Virus record (IMG/VR): IMGVR_UViG_3300013901_000001
Origin: a virus
Reading direction: 5' to 3' (one strand)
DNA: 64,000 nucleotides
Shown here piece by piece: positions 44,853 through 54,948 of the stretch. Position numbers and translations under genes: made by a program. How positions within the stretch are numbered: the stretch's first letter is position 1; each line of letters opens with the position of its first letter. The notes under the pieces are model-generated. The model saw nothing but the letters and a program-made list of their open reading frames with translations, ran no database searches and was not told the origin of the DNA.

Positions 44853-45185
44853 ATGAAAACATTTGAAATCAACGGGAAAAAGTACAAGTCAAAGGAATTT
44901 GACCTTAACATGATCTGCGATCTGGAAGACATGGGAATTTCCATGGAAGATGCGGAAAAGAAGCCTATGTCCATGGTGCGTGCATATTTTGGGCTTTGCG
45001 CCGGATTTAACAAGGAAAAAGCCGGAAAAGAGATTCAGGAACACATGATTTCCGGTGGTAAGTTTGACGGAATCATGGAAGCTATGGGGGATGAAATGAA
45101 TAACTCCGATTTTTTTCGCGCTCTCTCAGAGAAGAAGAAAGAGGAAAATCCAGAGGGAGAGACAACGGAGAATACGGAGAAATAA
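44853..45185 (+). CDS. tail assembly chaperone (G-like)
   Basis: Acidic 110-aa protein between the major tail and tape measure genes. Confidence 0.7.
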   Translation: MKTFEINGKKYKSKEFDLNMICDLEDMGISMEDAEKKPMSMVRAYFGLCAGFNKEKAGKEIQEHMISGGKFDGIMEAMGDEMNNSDFFRALSEKKKEENPEGETTENTEK

Positions 45186-45580
45186 CAAGAAAACGATACG
45201 GTTCGTTCCGGGAACTGTTTTTAGACCTGTGGTATCCGGAGTTGTACCCAATGGGAATAACGTTGGAACAATTCTGGAGTTTAAACCCACGGAAAATAAA
45301 GGCAATTCTTAAGGGGCATAACAATCTGCTTAAGGAAAGAGATCGTGAGAATTGGATTAACGGTCAATATATGATATCTGCCATTGCTACGGCATTTAAC
45401 AGCAAGGCAAAGTATATTGAAGAGCCGCTTCTTGAAAAGGCTGAAAGGGAAAACAAACCATTTAGCCATGAAGAGCAAATGGAAAAGGTTAAGAGGGTAT
45501 TCCAGTCCTTACAGATTATGCAGAGTAACTTTGAATTGTCGAAGATGAAAAAAGAAAATGAGGGCGGCGTGGTGTCATAG
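44853..45580 (+). CDS. tail assembly chaperone fusion (GT-like) via -1 frameshift at 45110-45116
   Basis: The -1 frame is open from 45104 and runs into ORF 45242..45580. Confidence 0.6.
45110..45116 (+). promoter_or_regulatory. -1 programmed frameshift slippery heptamer T TTT TTT
   Basis: Zero-frame codons are gaT TTT TTT cgc. Confidence 0.6.
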
Positions 45581-45609
45581 CTATGCCGTCTATTTTGCGA
45601 GGTGAGATT

Positions 45610-48600
45610 ATGGCAGAAATTGATGATTTAACCGTGAAAGTCAATGCCGATGCGAAACAAGCGGATAGTGCACTAGAAAAACTGGTATCTCAATTAGAAA
45701 CAGTCAACAGCGCACTTGGCAAGATCATGTCTGGAAATGCTTTTTCAAATATGGAAGAGAGTGCAAAAGCGGCATCTGCATCTATGCAAGGTATATCTAC
45801 CTCTACAAAGCGTGTATCAGACGAAATAGGCTCTCAAATGAAAAAGGCAAGCAATTCTATTAAGGGAGTTGAAACGCCCGTAAAAGAGACGTTTAAGAGC
45901 ATTGAGGACGTTATTGCCAAGCTTGGACAGAAGTCTATTGATATAAAGCCACAAATTGACACTGCCAATCTTGCCGGAGAACAGAAGAAATACACTGAAC
46001 AGTTAAAAAATATGCAGAATGGAATCAACCGTGTTTTAAATTCTGCACATCCGGAAAAGAAAATCGGAACTTTAGATTCTCTTGTTGTGAAGCTAAATGA
46101 AGCAAAGAATGCTTTGAAAGAAATTGAGAGTCTTCAAGGTTCTGTATCGACTTCTACATCGGAAATTCCGGAACCACATTTTTACTGGGAAGATACAAGA
46201 GATCCTAAAGATGTTATAGAGGATTATAAAAACAGCCTTGAAAGTTGGAAAAGCTATCTTGAAAACTTTAATCAAGGAAGCTACAATGCTCCGACAACCG
46301 GATTTGTGGAATCCGTAGAAAGAAGCATAGAAGAATTAAAAGCAAAATTTCCAGATGCAAAATCGCTTATTGCCGAATATGAAAAATTATTCGAGGATCT
46401 TTCTGCCGTTGCAGTTCCTAAAGTAGAAACAAGCAATGTGGAAATTGAAAGTCCGTTAAAGAATATAGAAAATGAAGTTGATAATTTTAAAAAAACCATT
46501 GATTCCATTAAGCCACTTGAATTTACTGGAAACTTCTATGAAATGGAAAAGTGGGTAGACGATCTAAACACCAAACTTATATCTTTACTTGATAAAAGAG
46601 AAAAGTTGACGGATTTAGGTGCAAATATGGACACTCAAAGAATCCAGTCCATGACGTACGACATTGAACAGCTTTCAAAGACCATTGAGAAATACGAAGT
46701 CAAGGTTGAAGAAGCACGGAAAGCCGGACAACTCGACATTAAGATTCCGAGTATTGATGAATCGCTGTCTAAAACTGGACTTTCTGCACAGAAATCTGCA
46801 TCTAAAGTAGCGGAAATCTTTAAAAATAATAAAATCATTGTTCAAACTGACGGATTTAAAAAAGTTCAGAGTGAGATACAGAAAGTAAAGAGGCAGTACG
46901 AAGAACTTGTAAAAACCATTCAGTTAAAGTCTCAAACCATAAGTTTTTATGGTGCAAGTAGTGATTTCAAAAAGAAACAGACAGAGTTGGCCGCTTTGCG
47001 TGAAGATTATCAGAGATTAATCAATAAGCAGAAAGAAATGGCTATTCTGCGATTTGATTCTAAAGGATTTACTGACGGTCTTACAAAACTGCAAGGATTT
47101 GTTTCTAAGACCTCAAACACACTTGGAAGAATTAACAAGAGAATTAATGAGTTTGGAAGAAAGCTATTATCCCTTGTAGCACCAACACAGAAAGCTAGAG
47201 CGGCACTTAAGGGATTAGATGTTACCAATATCGGACTTGCAAACAGTCTACTCCGCACAACCAAAATGTTAAAGCTGATGATTGTAAGAATGGCTTTGCG
47301 TGGTGTGATTGACGGAGTAAAAACCGGAATGCAGAACCTGGCAATGTATTCGGACGAAACGAATGCAAGCCTTTCTCTGCTAATGAACAGCCTTAATCAG
47401 CTTAAAAATTCCTTTGCGGCGGCAGTAGCACCTATTTTGAATGCCTTTGCACCGGCATTAGATAAGATTATTCAGTTATGCATTAAAGCCGTAAATGCCA
47501 TTAATCAAGTGATTTCCGCATTACTTGGAAATGGTACTTTTATTCGTGCTAAAAAACTGACAGACAGTTATAGGGATTCTATCAGTGGCGCATCAAGCGC
47601 GGCAGAAGAACTTAATAAGCAGTTACAGGGATTTGATAAATTAAATAATCTTACCACTTCAAAAAGCGGCGGTGGAGCCGGTTCTACAACAACGAATCCG
47701 GAAGATATGTTTGAAACTGTCAACATTGAAGATAAGTGGAAAGATTTGGCAGATAAAATCAAGAATATCTTAAGCAAAATTTTCGATCCGTTAAAAGAAG
47801 CGTGGAAACGTGCCGGAGATTTTGTAATGAAGTCTTGGAAGTTTGCGCTTCAAGAAGTATGGAAACTGGTTAAAAGCATTGCAAAAGATTTTCTTGAGGT
47901 ATGGAATGAAGAAGAGACCATACAGGTTCTTGAAAATATACTTCTGATTATTGGAGATATTGGTTTAACAATCGGATATCTTGCACAAGGATTTCGTGAA
48001 GCGTGGGAAGAAAACGACACCGGACTTCATATTTTGCAGAATATCCGAGACATTATCGGAGTAATCGTTGAGAACATTCTTCATGCGGCTGACGCAACGG
48101 TTGAATGGGCAAAAAACCTTGATTTTTCACCATTACTTACAAAGATCGAAGAATGGACTGCATCATTAGTTACGGTATTCGATAATTTATCCGGAATTGT
48201 TACTGATTTTTATGAAAAAGTTTTACTTCCACTTGCAAAATGGACGCTAGAAAAAGGTCTTCCTGACTTGCTACAAGTGTTTATTGATTTCAACGAAAAA
48301 GTTGACTGGGAGAAACTTCGTAATAATTTAAAGACTTTGTGGGAACACGTAGAGCCGTTTGCAGAAACAATCGGAGAAGGGTTGATTATTTTTGTAAGGG
48401 ATATATCAGATGCTCTTGCAAATTTTATAAACAGTCAGGAATTTGAGGATTTTCTGACAAAAATTGAAGAGTGGATGGACAACGTTTCTGCAGAGGATGT
48501 AGCAAATACTTTGAAAGATATAGCCGCCGGAATTCTTGTCTTAAAAGTCGCAACAGCAACGTTTAGTACATTATCACCGGCTATTGAAGTTATCAAGTCA

Positions 48601-49914
48601 CTTGTAAACGTTTTAAGTGGAATCAAAATGGCAAAAGCCTTACAGAACCTTGCTAAATTAGGCGGTGGCGGTGCAACTGCATCGGCATCTACCGGAGGCG
48701 TACTTAGCAGTCTTGGTGGGCTTAAAGGATTGCTTTTTGGTGATCTTGGCACTATTTTCGGTGCCGGAACAGCAACAGAAATTGCAGCCACAATAGGAGT
48801 TGGTCTTACTGGTTCATTAGCGGCGTGGTTTGTTGGAAATTGGACAGGAAAGCAGTTAGGCGCACTTCTTTTCCCGGAAATGAAAGAAGAATACCTAAAC
48901 TTCCATTGGCTTGGCGAAGGTGGATTTTTTGATCAGTTATTTGATAAAGAGGATTTTGCATCATTTGATAGCATTAAAGATAAATTCAAAGAGTTATCCG
49001 ATGCTTGGGATATGATGAAATCTGATTTTGCAGACAACCCATTAATTGCTTCGTTTACAACATTTATAGATACTACAGTAAACAGTCAAAATCATTTAGG
49101 AAATTTGATTGAAAAAATAAAAGAAGTTCCGGAAGCGTGGGAAACAGCAAAAACGCAGTTTTTGGAAATTGTAGAATCTGTGAAAGCAAAGTGGGAAGAA
49201 ATCAAGACAGGGTTTACAGACACCGTAGAAGAATGGAAGCAAAAAGCACTTGACCTAAAAGAGAATATCCAACAAAAAATCACAGATTTTGTAGACGGAA
49301 TTAAGGAAAAATGGGAAAACATCAAGGCAGACTTTGATGAACTGAAAGAATCTATCGTACAAAAGTACGAAGATTTCAAAGAAAAAGTCGCAAACAAGTT
49401 AGATGAAATGAAGCAGTCATGGAATGATACGTGGTCTGCAATTGGAGAAGCCGTAGGCGGTACAGTAAAATCTATCATTGATGCAGTTACCAGTGCAATT
49501 TCGTGGATTCAGAGTTTGATTGGAAACATCAACGCAATTCCGCAAACGGTAAACATCGGCGTGAATATGGGTACGGAAATCGGAAAGAACGCCGCAAAAA
49601 AAGTCCGAGGTTATGCTTCCGGTGGATTTATCGAACCGGCAACGTACTTCAAAGCCGGAGAAAACGGTGTACCGGAAATCCTTGGAACAGTCGGTGGTAA
49701 GTCGGCGGTAGCAGGTGGACAGGAAATCACCGGAATTTCCAATGCGATTTACAGTACAGGACAGACCGAAGCACAGCTTTTGTCAGCGGCGGTACAGTTT
49801 TTACAGACTATTGCGCAAAAAGATTTCAGCATCAATTCTTCCGATGCGTTCAACGCAATTCGGGAAGAAGCGCATTCATACGAGAAGCGGACAGGAGATA
49901 AGGCATTCACTTAA
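45610..49914 (+). CDS. tape measure protein
   Basis: More than 1400 aa, coiled-coil and hydrophobic glycine-rich segments; alternative start at 45583. Confidence 0.9.
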   Translation: MAEIDDLTVKVNADAKQADSALEKLVSQLETVNSALGKIMSGNAFSNMEESAKAASASMQGISTSTKRVSDEIGSQMKKASNSIKGVETPVKETFKSIEDVIAKLGQKSIDIKPQIDTANLAGEQKKYTEQLKNMQNGINRVLNSAHPEKKIGTLDSLVVKLNEAKNALKEIESLQGSVSTSTSEIPEPHFYWEDTRDPKDVIEDYKNSLESWKSYLENFNQGSYNAPTTGFVESVERSIEELKAKFPDAKSLIAEYEKLFEDLSAVAVPKVETSNVEIESPLKNIENEVDNFKKTIDSIKPLEFTGNFYEMEKWVDDLNTKLISLLDKREKLTDLGANMDTQRIQSMTYDIEQLSKTIEKYEVKVEEARKAGQLDIKIPSIDESLSKTGLSAQKSASKVAEIFKNNKIIVQTDGFKKVQSEIQKVKRQYEELVKTIQLKSQTISFYGASSDFKKKQTELAALREDYQRLINKQKEMAILRFDSKGFTDGLTKLQGFVSKTSNTLGRINKRINEFGRKLLSLVAPTQKARAALKGLDVTNIGLANSLLRTTKMLKLMIVRMALRGVIDGVKTGMQNLAMYSDETNASLSLLMNSLNQLKNSFAAAVAPILNAFAPALDKIIQLCIKAVNAINQVISALLGNGTFIRAKKLTDSYRDSISGASSAAEELNKQLQGFDKLNNLTTSKSGGGAGSTTTNPEDMFETVNIEDKWKDLADKIKNILSKIFDPLKEAWKRAGDFVMKSWKFALQEVWKLVKSIAKDFLEVWNEEETIQVLENILLIIGDIGLTIGYLAQGFREAWEENDTGLHILQNIRDIIGVIVENILHAADATVEWAKNLDFSPLLTKIEEWTASLVTVFDNLSGIVTDFYEKVLLPLAKWTLEKGLPDLLQVFIDFNEKVDWEKLRNNLKTLWEHVEPFAETIGEGLIIFVRDISDALANFINSQEFEDFLTKIEEWMDNVSAEDVANTLKDIAAGILVLKVATATFSTLSPAIEVIKSLVNVLSGIKMAKALQNLAKLGGGGATASASTGGVLSSLGGLKGLLFGDLGTIFGAGTATEIAATIGVGLTGSLAAWFVGNWTGKQLGALLFPEMKEEYLNFHWLGEGGFFDQLFDKEDFASFDSIKDKFKELSDAWDMMKSDFADNPLIASFTTFIDTTVNSQNHLGNLIEKIKEVPEAWETAKTQFLEIVESVKAKWEEIKTGFTDTVEEWKQKALDLKENIQQKITDFVDGIKEKWENIKADFDELKESIVQKYEDFKEKVANKLDEMKQSWNDTWSAIGEAVGGTVKSIIDAVTSAISWIQSLIGNINAIPQTVNIGVNMGTEIGKNAAKKVRGYASGGFIEPATYFKAGENGVPEILGTVGGKSAVAGGQEITGISNAIYSTGQTEAQLLSAAVQFLQTIAQKDFSINSSDAFNAIREEAHSYEKRTGDKAFT

Positions 49915-49949
49915 AAGGTGGGTGCCTTTTTCGTTATGGAGGTAAGCCA

Positions 49950-50354
49950 GTGAGTTATCAAGGATATATGTTTCAATTTGGTTCATACAAGTTTTCCAAA
50001 ATGATTCGGGCAGATACTTACAAGATTACCCCGAATGCAAGACAGGATTTGGATTCATACCGTGACGCAAACGGAGAATTGCACCGGACGGCATTAGACC
50101 ACACGGCAACAAGCGTCACATTTACCATTCCGGCGCATAAAGAAAGAGAGCACGAAGAAATGATGTCTGCTATTCGTAGCAGCTACATTAACGAAAAAGA
50201 GCGTGATGCACAGTGTTCTTATTATGATCCGGAGACTTGCACCTACAAGACCGGACATTTTTACATTGACTCAAACTGGACTTTTCAAGTCTATGGAACA
50301 TATGACGGACAGATTACGTTTCAAGAATACGAGGTTAGTTTTGTTGAGTATTAA
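49950..50354 (+). CDS. distal-tail-position protein
   Basis: First gene after the tape measure gene; GTG start. Confidence 0.4.
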   Translation: MSYQGYMFQFGSYKFSKMIRADTYKITPNARQDLDSYRDANGELHRTALDHTATSVTFTIPAHKEREHEEMMSAIRSSYINEKERDAQCSYYDPETCTYKTGHFYIDSNWTFQVYGTYDGQITFQEYEVSFVEY

Positions 50355-50369
50355 TCAGAGGGAAAAGGC

Positions 50370-51713
50370 ATGAACGTATCAGATGCAACCAAAACAGAAT
50401 ACAGAAATTCCAGTGTTCATAAGAACCTGACTATTAAATTTCCGGAACTTGGACTCACGATTGATAACACAAAAATTTATCAAGAAAGCATGAAATTGAA
50501 AGAGTCCATTCTGGAAAAGAATAACATTGAGTTTGTCGGTTGCATCGCCAGTTCCTTTTCCGTCCAGATTCAAGGACTTAAGGAAGATGTTAAGGGAAAG
50601 AAAATTGAAGCATCTATTACCACGGACGGAAGCACCGATGAGCCGATACCGTTGTTTCATGGCATCGTAGACAGTGCCGTATTGCAAGACAACCGGTTGA
50701 GCAAGACCATAACGGCATATGACATTCTTTATACCAAAGGAAATACAGAGGTTTCCGGTTGGTACAATTCTCTGACATTTCCTATCACTATAAAGCAGTT
50801 TCGGGATTCCCTGTTTTCTTACCTTGGGATTACACAGGACGAAACATCACTTGTCAACGATGATATTTCCATAAGCAAGCAGTACGATCCAAAGACGCTT
50901 AAGGCTTTGAACGTGATTAAGGCTATCTGCCAGATAAACGGAGTTTTTGGGATCATTAACCGTGACGGTATCTTTGAATACCGGACAACGCAAAGCGGTC
51001 TTTATCCGTCTGGAAACCTTTATCCGTCCGATGATTTGTACCCTTTTTCCGGTGAAGAAACGGAACTTACCGAAGAAGAAGTTGCGGAAGCAATGCAGTA
51101 TTACAAGAAAATCCGGTATGAGGAATTTAAGGTAAAGCCGGTTGACAAAATCACTATTCGGCAGAACGAAAACGATGACGGAGTGACTTATGGAAGCGGA
51201 ACAAACAACTACATCATTCAAGGAAATATGTTCACCTACGGACTTTCCAATGAAACGCTTTTGCAAATGGCACAGAACATTTATCCGTATGTCGAAGGCT
51301 ATTCCTACTATCCGTTTCAGGCATCAAACATGGGATTGCCGTTTGTGGAGTGCGGTGTTGATATTTTGTCCTACAAGGTGCGAAACCTTGACACCGGAGA
51401 AACGGAAAAGAAGTATTACAACGTGTTTAGCCGTGAGTTGACCGGAATACAGGCGTTGAGTGACAGTTACACGGCAAAGGGTGAAGAGTACCAAAGTGAG
51501 TTTATTACAGACTTGCAGACTTCGATTGATGTTATCAAGCAACAAGACCAACAGTATCAGCAGACTTTTAATGACTTTGATTCAAGGATTTCTGCATTGG
51601 AAAAAGGCGGCGGTGGTGGCGGTGGAATCAATATAGTTTCCGTTGATGTATTACCGGCTATCACAGCTGCAAATACAGTTTATCTGATTCAAGGAATTGT
51701 GGTGGTGGAATAG
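50370..51713 (+). CDS. tail-tip / baseplate protein (Tal position)
   Basis: 447 aa, second gene after the tape measure gene; C-terminal GGGGGGG run. Confidence 0.45.
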   Translation: MNVSDATKTEYRNSSVHKNLTIKFPELGLTIDNTKIYQESMKLKESILEKNNIEFVGCIASSFSVQIQGLKEDVKGKKIEASITTDGSTDEPIPLFHGIVDSAVLQDNRLSKTITAYDILYTKGNTEVSGWYNSLTFPITIKQFRDSLFSYLGITQDETSLVNDDISISKQYDPKTLKALNVIKAICQINGVFGIINRDGIFEYRTTQSGLYPSGNLYPSDDLYPFSGEETELTEEEVAEAMQYYKKIRYEEFKVKPVDKITIRQNENDDGVTYGSGTNNYIIQGNMFTYGLSNETLLQMAQNIYPYVEGYSYYPFQASNMGLPFVECGVDILSYKVRNLDTGETEKKYYNVFSRELTGIQALSDSYTAKGEEYQSEFITDLQTSIDVIKQQDQQYQQTFNDFDSRISALEKGGGGGGGINIVSVDVLPAITAANTVYLIQGIVVVE

Positions 51714-51718
51714 AAATA

Positions 51719-52936
51719 ATGGGAAAACAAAGTTCGAGAATTTATTTTCAAGGAAAAGACCATAAGGATATTTATTTTAATACATATTACAGTTCGTCAA
51801 TGGTGGTTAATAATGAAGTTTTTTGGAAAAAAATTTACGAATTAAATGGAATATATCAGAACGATGTTCCGGCTTCACGTAGGTGGTTTTGCAATTATAT
51901 TGACAAAAAACAATATAAAATATACGGAACAGGAAAAACAAGTTCCTTGATATATTACTATCCTATATCAAATGGATTTGCATTTTGTTATAAGTCGGAA
52001 TCAAGAAATTACAAAAATGTAATAGCAACCACCGGTGATCTTGCTGTTTTTAAAGAGGCTTGTGTGCTCGAGGAAGACTTCGATTATGATGAGACTGTAA
52101 TAATTGATGATGATGTTTTGTGTATGTGCAATGTGTCTCGTTATAGTAGTATAAAAAAAGATATTACATTTTTGTTGTATTCATTTTCTCAAAAAAAATT
52201 AAAAAAGTATGTAATACAAAACGCAAGATTAGTAGAAAACGTAAACGAAGAAATTAGCAATCGTTATGGAAAGGCTGTTTATTTAATTGAAATTGGAAAT
52301 GATGATTATGAGTATTTGTCAATTGACATGGAAGGCTACACACTTACAAAATGTTATATGTTAGATGAATATAATGATAAGAGAGCTCCATTTTTATATT
52401 ATAATGATAATTTCTACTATATAAAACAGACAATAGAAAAGGTAGGGACTGGTTCAAAAGCGTATAAAACGACGTATAAAGTATGTTGTTTTGATACAAA
52501 CAATGAAGAGCGTACCTTGTGTAGCATAAAAGAACTATTTAGTTCGAGCCAATATACGTATTATGAAACCAGTGAAATGTTAAGAAGATATACAACAAGA
52601 GTAAACAACAATACCTACATTTTATTTGACAGAGTAATAAGGTTTAATGATGAAAAAACTTCTGCTACAACAGAGGAATTTACGGGCGTAAACTTTGAAA
52701 TAGATAAATATAAAGAACAAAAAAAGGTAGGAACTATCAATTATTCGTTTGAAGAAAGCACGGCTGGAAATCTTTATAGCGGCCCTTATGTAATAGAAAA
52801 CGGGCAAGTCAATAGGAATTGTATGGTCGATTATATGACTAAAAATGAAAACGGAGAAAGGACAAGTTATATTGTTTTAGTTAAGGACTTATTTGAGAGT
52901 GATAACAATATAGCCATTTGCATTGATGAATTATAG
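51719..52936 (+). CDS. hypothetical tail-module protein, AT-rich
   Basis: 405 aa, N/K/Y/I-rich. Confidence 0.45.
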   Translation: MGKQSSRIYFQGKDHKDIYFNTYYSSSMVVNNEVFWKKIYELNGIYQNDVPASRRWFCNYIDKKQYKIYGTGKTSSLIYYYPISNGFAFCYKSESRNYKNVIATTGDLAVFKEACVLEEDFDYDETVIIDDDVLCMCNVSRYSSIKKDITFLLYSFSQKKLKKYVIQNARLVENVNEEISNRYGKAVYLIEIGNDDYEYLSIDMEGYTLTKCYMLDEYNDKRAPFLYYNDNFYYIKQTIEKVGTGSKAYKTTYKVCCFDTNNEERTLCSIKELFSSSQYTYYETSEMLRRYTTRVNNNTYILFDRVIRFNDEKTSATTEEFTGVNFEIDKYKEQKKVGTINYSFEESTAGNLYSGPYVIENGQVNRNCMVDYMTKNENGERTSYIVLVKDLFESDNNIAICIDEL

Positions 52937-52950
52937 AAAGGTGGTAGAAC

Positions 52951-53814
52951 ATGGCATATGTAAAGCAAACGTGGACTGACAGACCGTCAAAGACAACGCC
53001 GATTAATGCGGCACGGCTTAACTACATGGAACAGGGGATTTATGATGCAAGTCAAGGAAGTGACTTGTTTAATTCAAACGGCATTAGTTTTGGTAGAAAA
53101 GACGGAACAACAGCCGGATATAGAAGCACGGCAGAAGGTTTTAACACGACAGCTTCTGATACATATACACATGCCGAGGGTTTTCAATCTGTGGCAAGTA
53201 GCATTTCAAGTCATGCCGAAGGTCAAAACTCCGAAGCCAGCGGATATTATTCACACGCGGAAGGGTACGGAACAAAAGCCACAGAAGAAGCTACTCATGC
53301 GGAAGGATATTACACAGAAGCATCCGGTTCGGACGGTGCACATGCCGAAGGTTATTATACAAAAGCAACCGGTTCAAACTCTCATGCCGAAGGACGTGAA
53401 TCGGTGTCTTCCGGATATTATTCCCATGCCGAAGGTTATAAGTCTAAAGCGCAAGGTGACGGTTCGCACGCGGAAGGTCAGAAAACAACGGCTTCTGCTT
53501 ACGGATCCCATGCAGAGGGAGAAGAAACCACAGCTTCTGGAAGCGATTCACATGCGGAAGGCAGAGGAACTATTGCCAAAGGAATGTATCAGCACGCGGA
53601 AGGAAAATACAACATTGAAGATACACAAAATCAATATGCGCATATTGTAGGCGGAGGTTCAGAGTCGGAAAAAAAGAATATTCATACTCTTGATTGGGAC
53701 GGAAATGCGGTGTTTGCCGGAGATGTGACAAATGGTGAAGGAATTACCATGAACGGATTAAAGTCACTAATTGATGCTTTGCAAGTAGAAGTAGATGCGT
53801 TAAAAACAACATAA
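52951..53814 (+). CDS. tail fibre with eleven 14-residue HAEG repeats (YadA-head-like beta-roll)
   Basis: 11 HAEG motifs with spacing of 14 aa (one of 15). Confidence 0.7.
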   Translation: MAYVKQTWTDRPSKTTPINAARLNYMEQGIYDASQGSDLFNSNGISFGRKDGTTAGYRSTAEGFNTTASDTYTHAEGFQSVASSISSHAEGQNSEASGYYSHAEGYGTKATEEATHAEGYYTEASGSDGAHAEGYYTKATGSNSHAEGRESVSSGYYSHAEGYKSKAQGDGSHAEGQKTTASAYGSHAEGEETTASGSDSHAEGRGTIAKGMYQHAEGKYNIEDTQNQYAHIVGGGSESEKKNIHTLDWDGNAVFAGDVTNGEGITMNGLKSLIDALQVEVDALKTT

Positions 53815-53830
53815 AGCGAGGTGATGTTTT

Positions 53831-54139
53831 ATGAAACGAGGTACAACGCCAACTCTTGAAATAGCGGTAGACGGCGTAAAGGTCACGGATTTGTCAAATA
53901 TCTATGTCACGTTCAAACAAGATGATTTGATAATCACAAAGTCCGGAGAGGACATACAAGTAAATGAAGAGGATAATTTGTTAGGAGTTTCTTTAAGTCA
54001 AAAGGAAACTCTTTTTTTTCGCCCCGGATTCGTTTACTTGCAGATGCGAGCGGTTACAAGCGGTGGAAATGCCATTGCAACAGATGTTCAGAAAATGGAT
54101 GCATTGGAAATCTTGCAAGAGGGGGTAATTGACCTATGA
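53831..54139 (+). CDS. hypothetical tail-fibre-associated protein
   Basis: 102-aa ORF in the fibre cluster. Confidence 0.45.
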   Translation: MKRGTTPTLEIAVDGVKVTDLSNIYVTFKQDDLIITKSGEDIQVNEEDNLLGVSLSQKETLFFRPGFVYLQMRAVTSGGNAIATDVQKMDALEILQEGVIDL

Positions 54140-54357
54140 GTTGCGGATGTGGAATCAAGTTAACGGTTTCTGAAAAATTTCAAGAAGTAATTGGAACTGA
54201 TACCTACAAAGGGGATTACACTGTTATTCCCAAAGTGGAAGAACAAGTAATGGAAACAAAAAATAAAACAATGACCGACAACGTGAAAGTTTTAAAAATA
54301 CCTTACAGCGAGGTTGATAACTTGTCTGGCGGTCAAACAATTACCATAGGAGGTTAA
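54136..54357 (+). CDS. small fibre-cluster protein
   Basis: C-terminus IPYSEVDNLSGGQTITIGG resembles the C-terminus of the next protein. Confidence 0.4.
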   Translation: MSCGCGIKLTVSEKFQEVIGTDTYKGDYTVIPKVEEQVMETKNKTMTDNVKVLKIPYSEVDNLSGGQTITIGG

Positions 54358-54361
54358 AAAC

Positions 54362-54934
54362 ATGGCAGTTAACAAAGTAGTTTACGGAGAAGAGGTACTT
54401 ATTGATTTAACAGGAGATTCCGTTACGGAAGATACTCTTGCAAAAGGAATCACTGCACATGATAAGTCCGGCGCAGTTATTACCGGTACAAGCACAAAAG
54501 ATGTGGATTCCGCAGATGCAACAGCGGCAGTGGCTGAAATTCTTCTCGGAAAAACCGCATACGCAAGAGGTCAGAAGCTGACAGGTACAATGCCGAATAA
54601 CGGAGCGGTTACAGGAGAAATCACTGATAAAAATACGGATTACACGGTTCCTCTTGGTTTCCATGACGGATCCGGAAAAGTCGGAATCGCAACGGCAGAA
54701 AAGGCAAAGATTATTGCCGGAAATATTAAGCAAGGCGTAACCCTTCTTGGAGTTGAAGGGACATATTCTGGTGAGGGGGTAAATTTACAGGCTAAAACGG
54801 TTACTCCGTCAAAAACCGCACAGACGGTACAGGCAGATGCCGGATACGATGCCTTATCATCTGTTACTGTAAATGCGATTCCTTACACGGAAACAGATAA
54901 TGCCGCCGGAGGAAAGACGGCAACAATCGGTTAA
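54362..54934 (+). CDS. receptor-binding-type protein (invariant paralogue)
   Basis: N-terminal ~45 aa similar to the DGR target at 54949. Confidence 0.5.
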   Translation: MAVNKVVYGEEVLIDLTGDSVTEDTLAKGITAHDKSGAVITGTSTKDVDSADATAAVAEILLGKTAYARGQKLTGTMPNNGAVTGEITDKNTDYTVPLGFHDGSGKVGIATAEKAKIIAGNIKQGVTLLGVEGTYSGEGVNLQAKTVTPSKTAQTVQADAGYDALSSVTVNAIPYTETDNAAGGKTATIG

Positions 54935-54948
54935 AGGAGCAACGGATT

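Noticed and set aside
45834-49478. Numerous 60-130-aa antisense ORFs within the tape measure gene, and similar antisense ORFs within other long genes
   Set aside because: They lie entirely within well-supported sense genes and have serine/leucine-rich mirror-frame composition.
53006-53650. 214-aa alternative-frame ORF inside the HAEG fibre gene
   Set aside because: It arises because the repetitive sequence lacks stops in a second frame. Its translation is K/R/Q-rich junk with no RBS.
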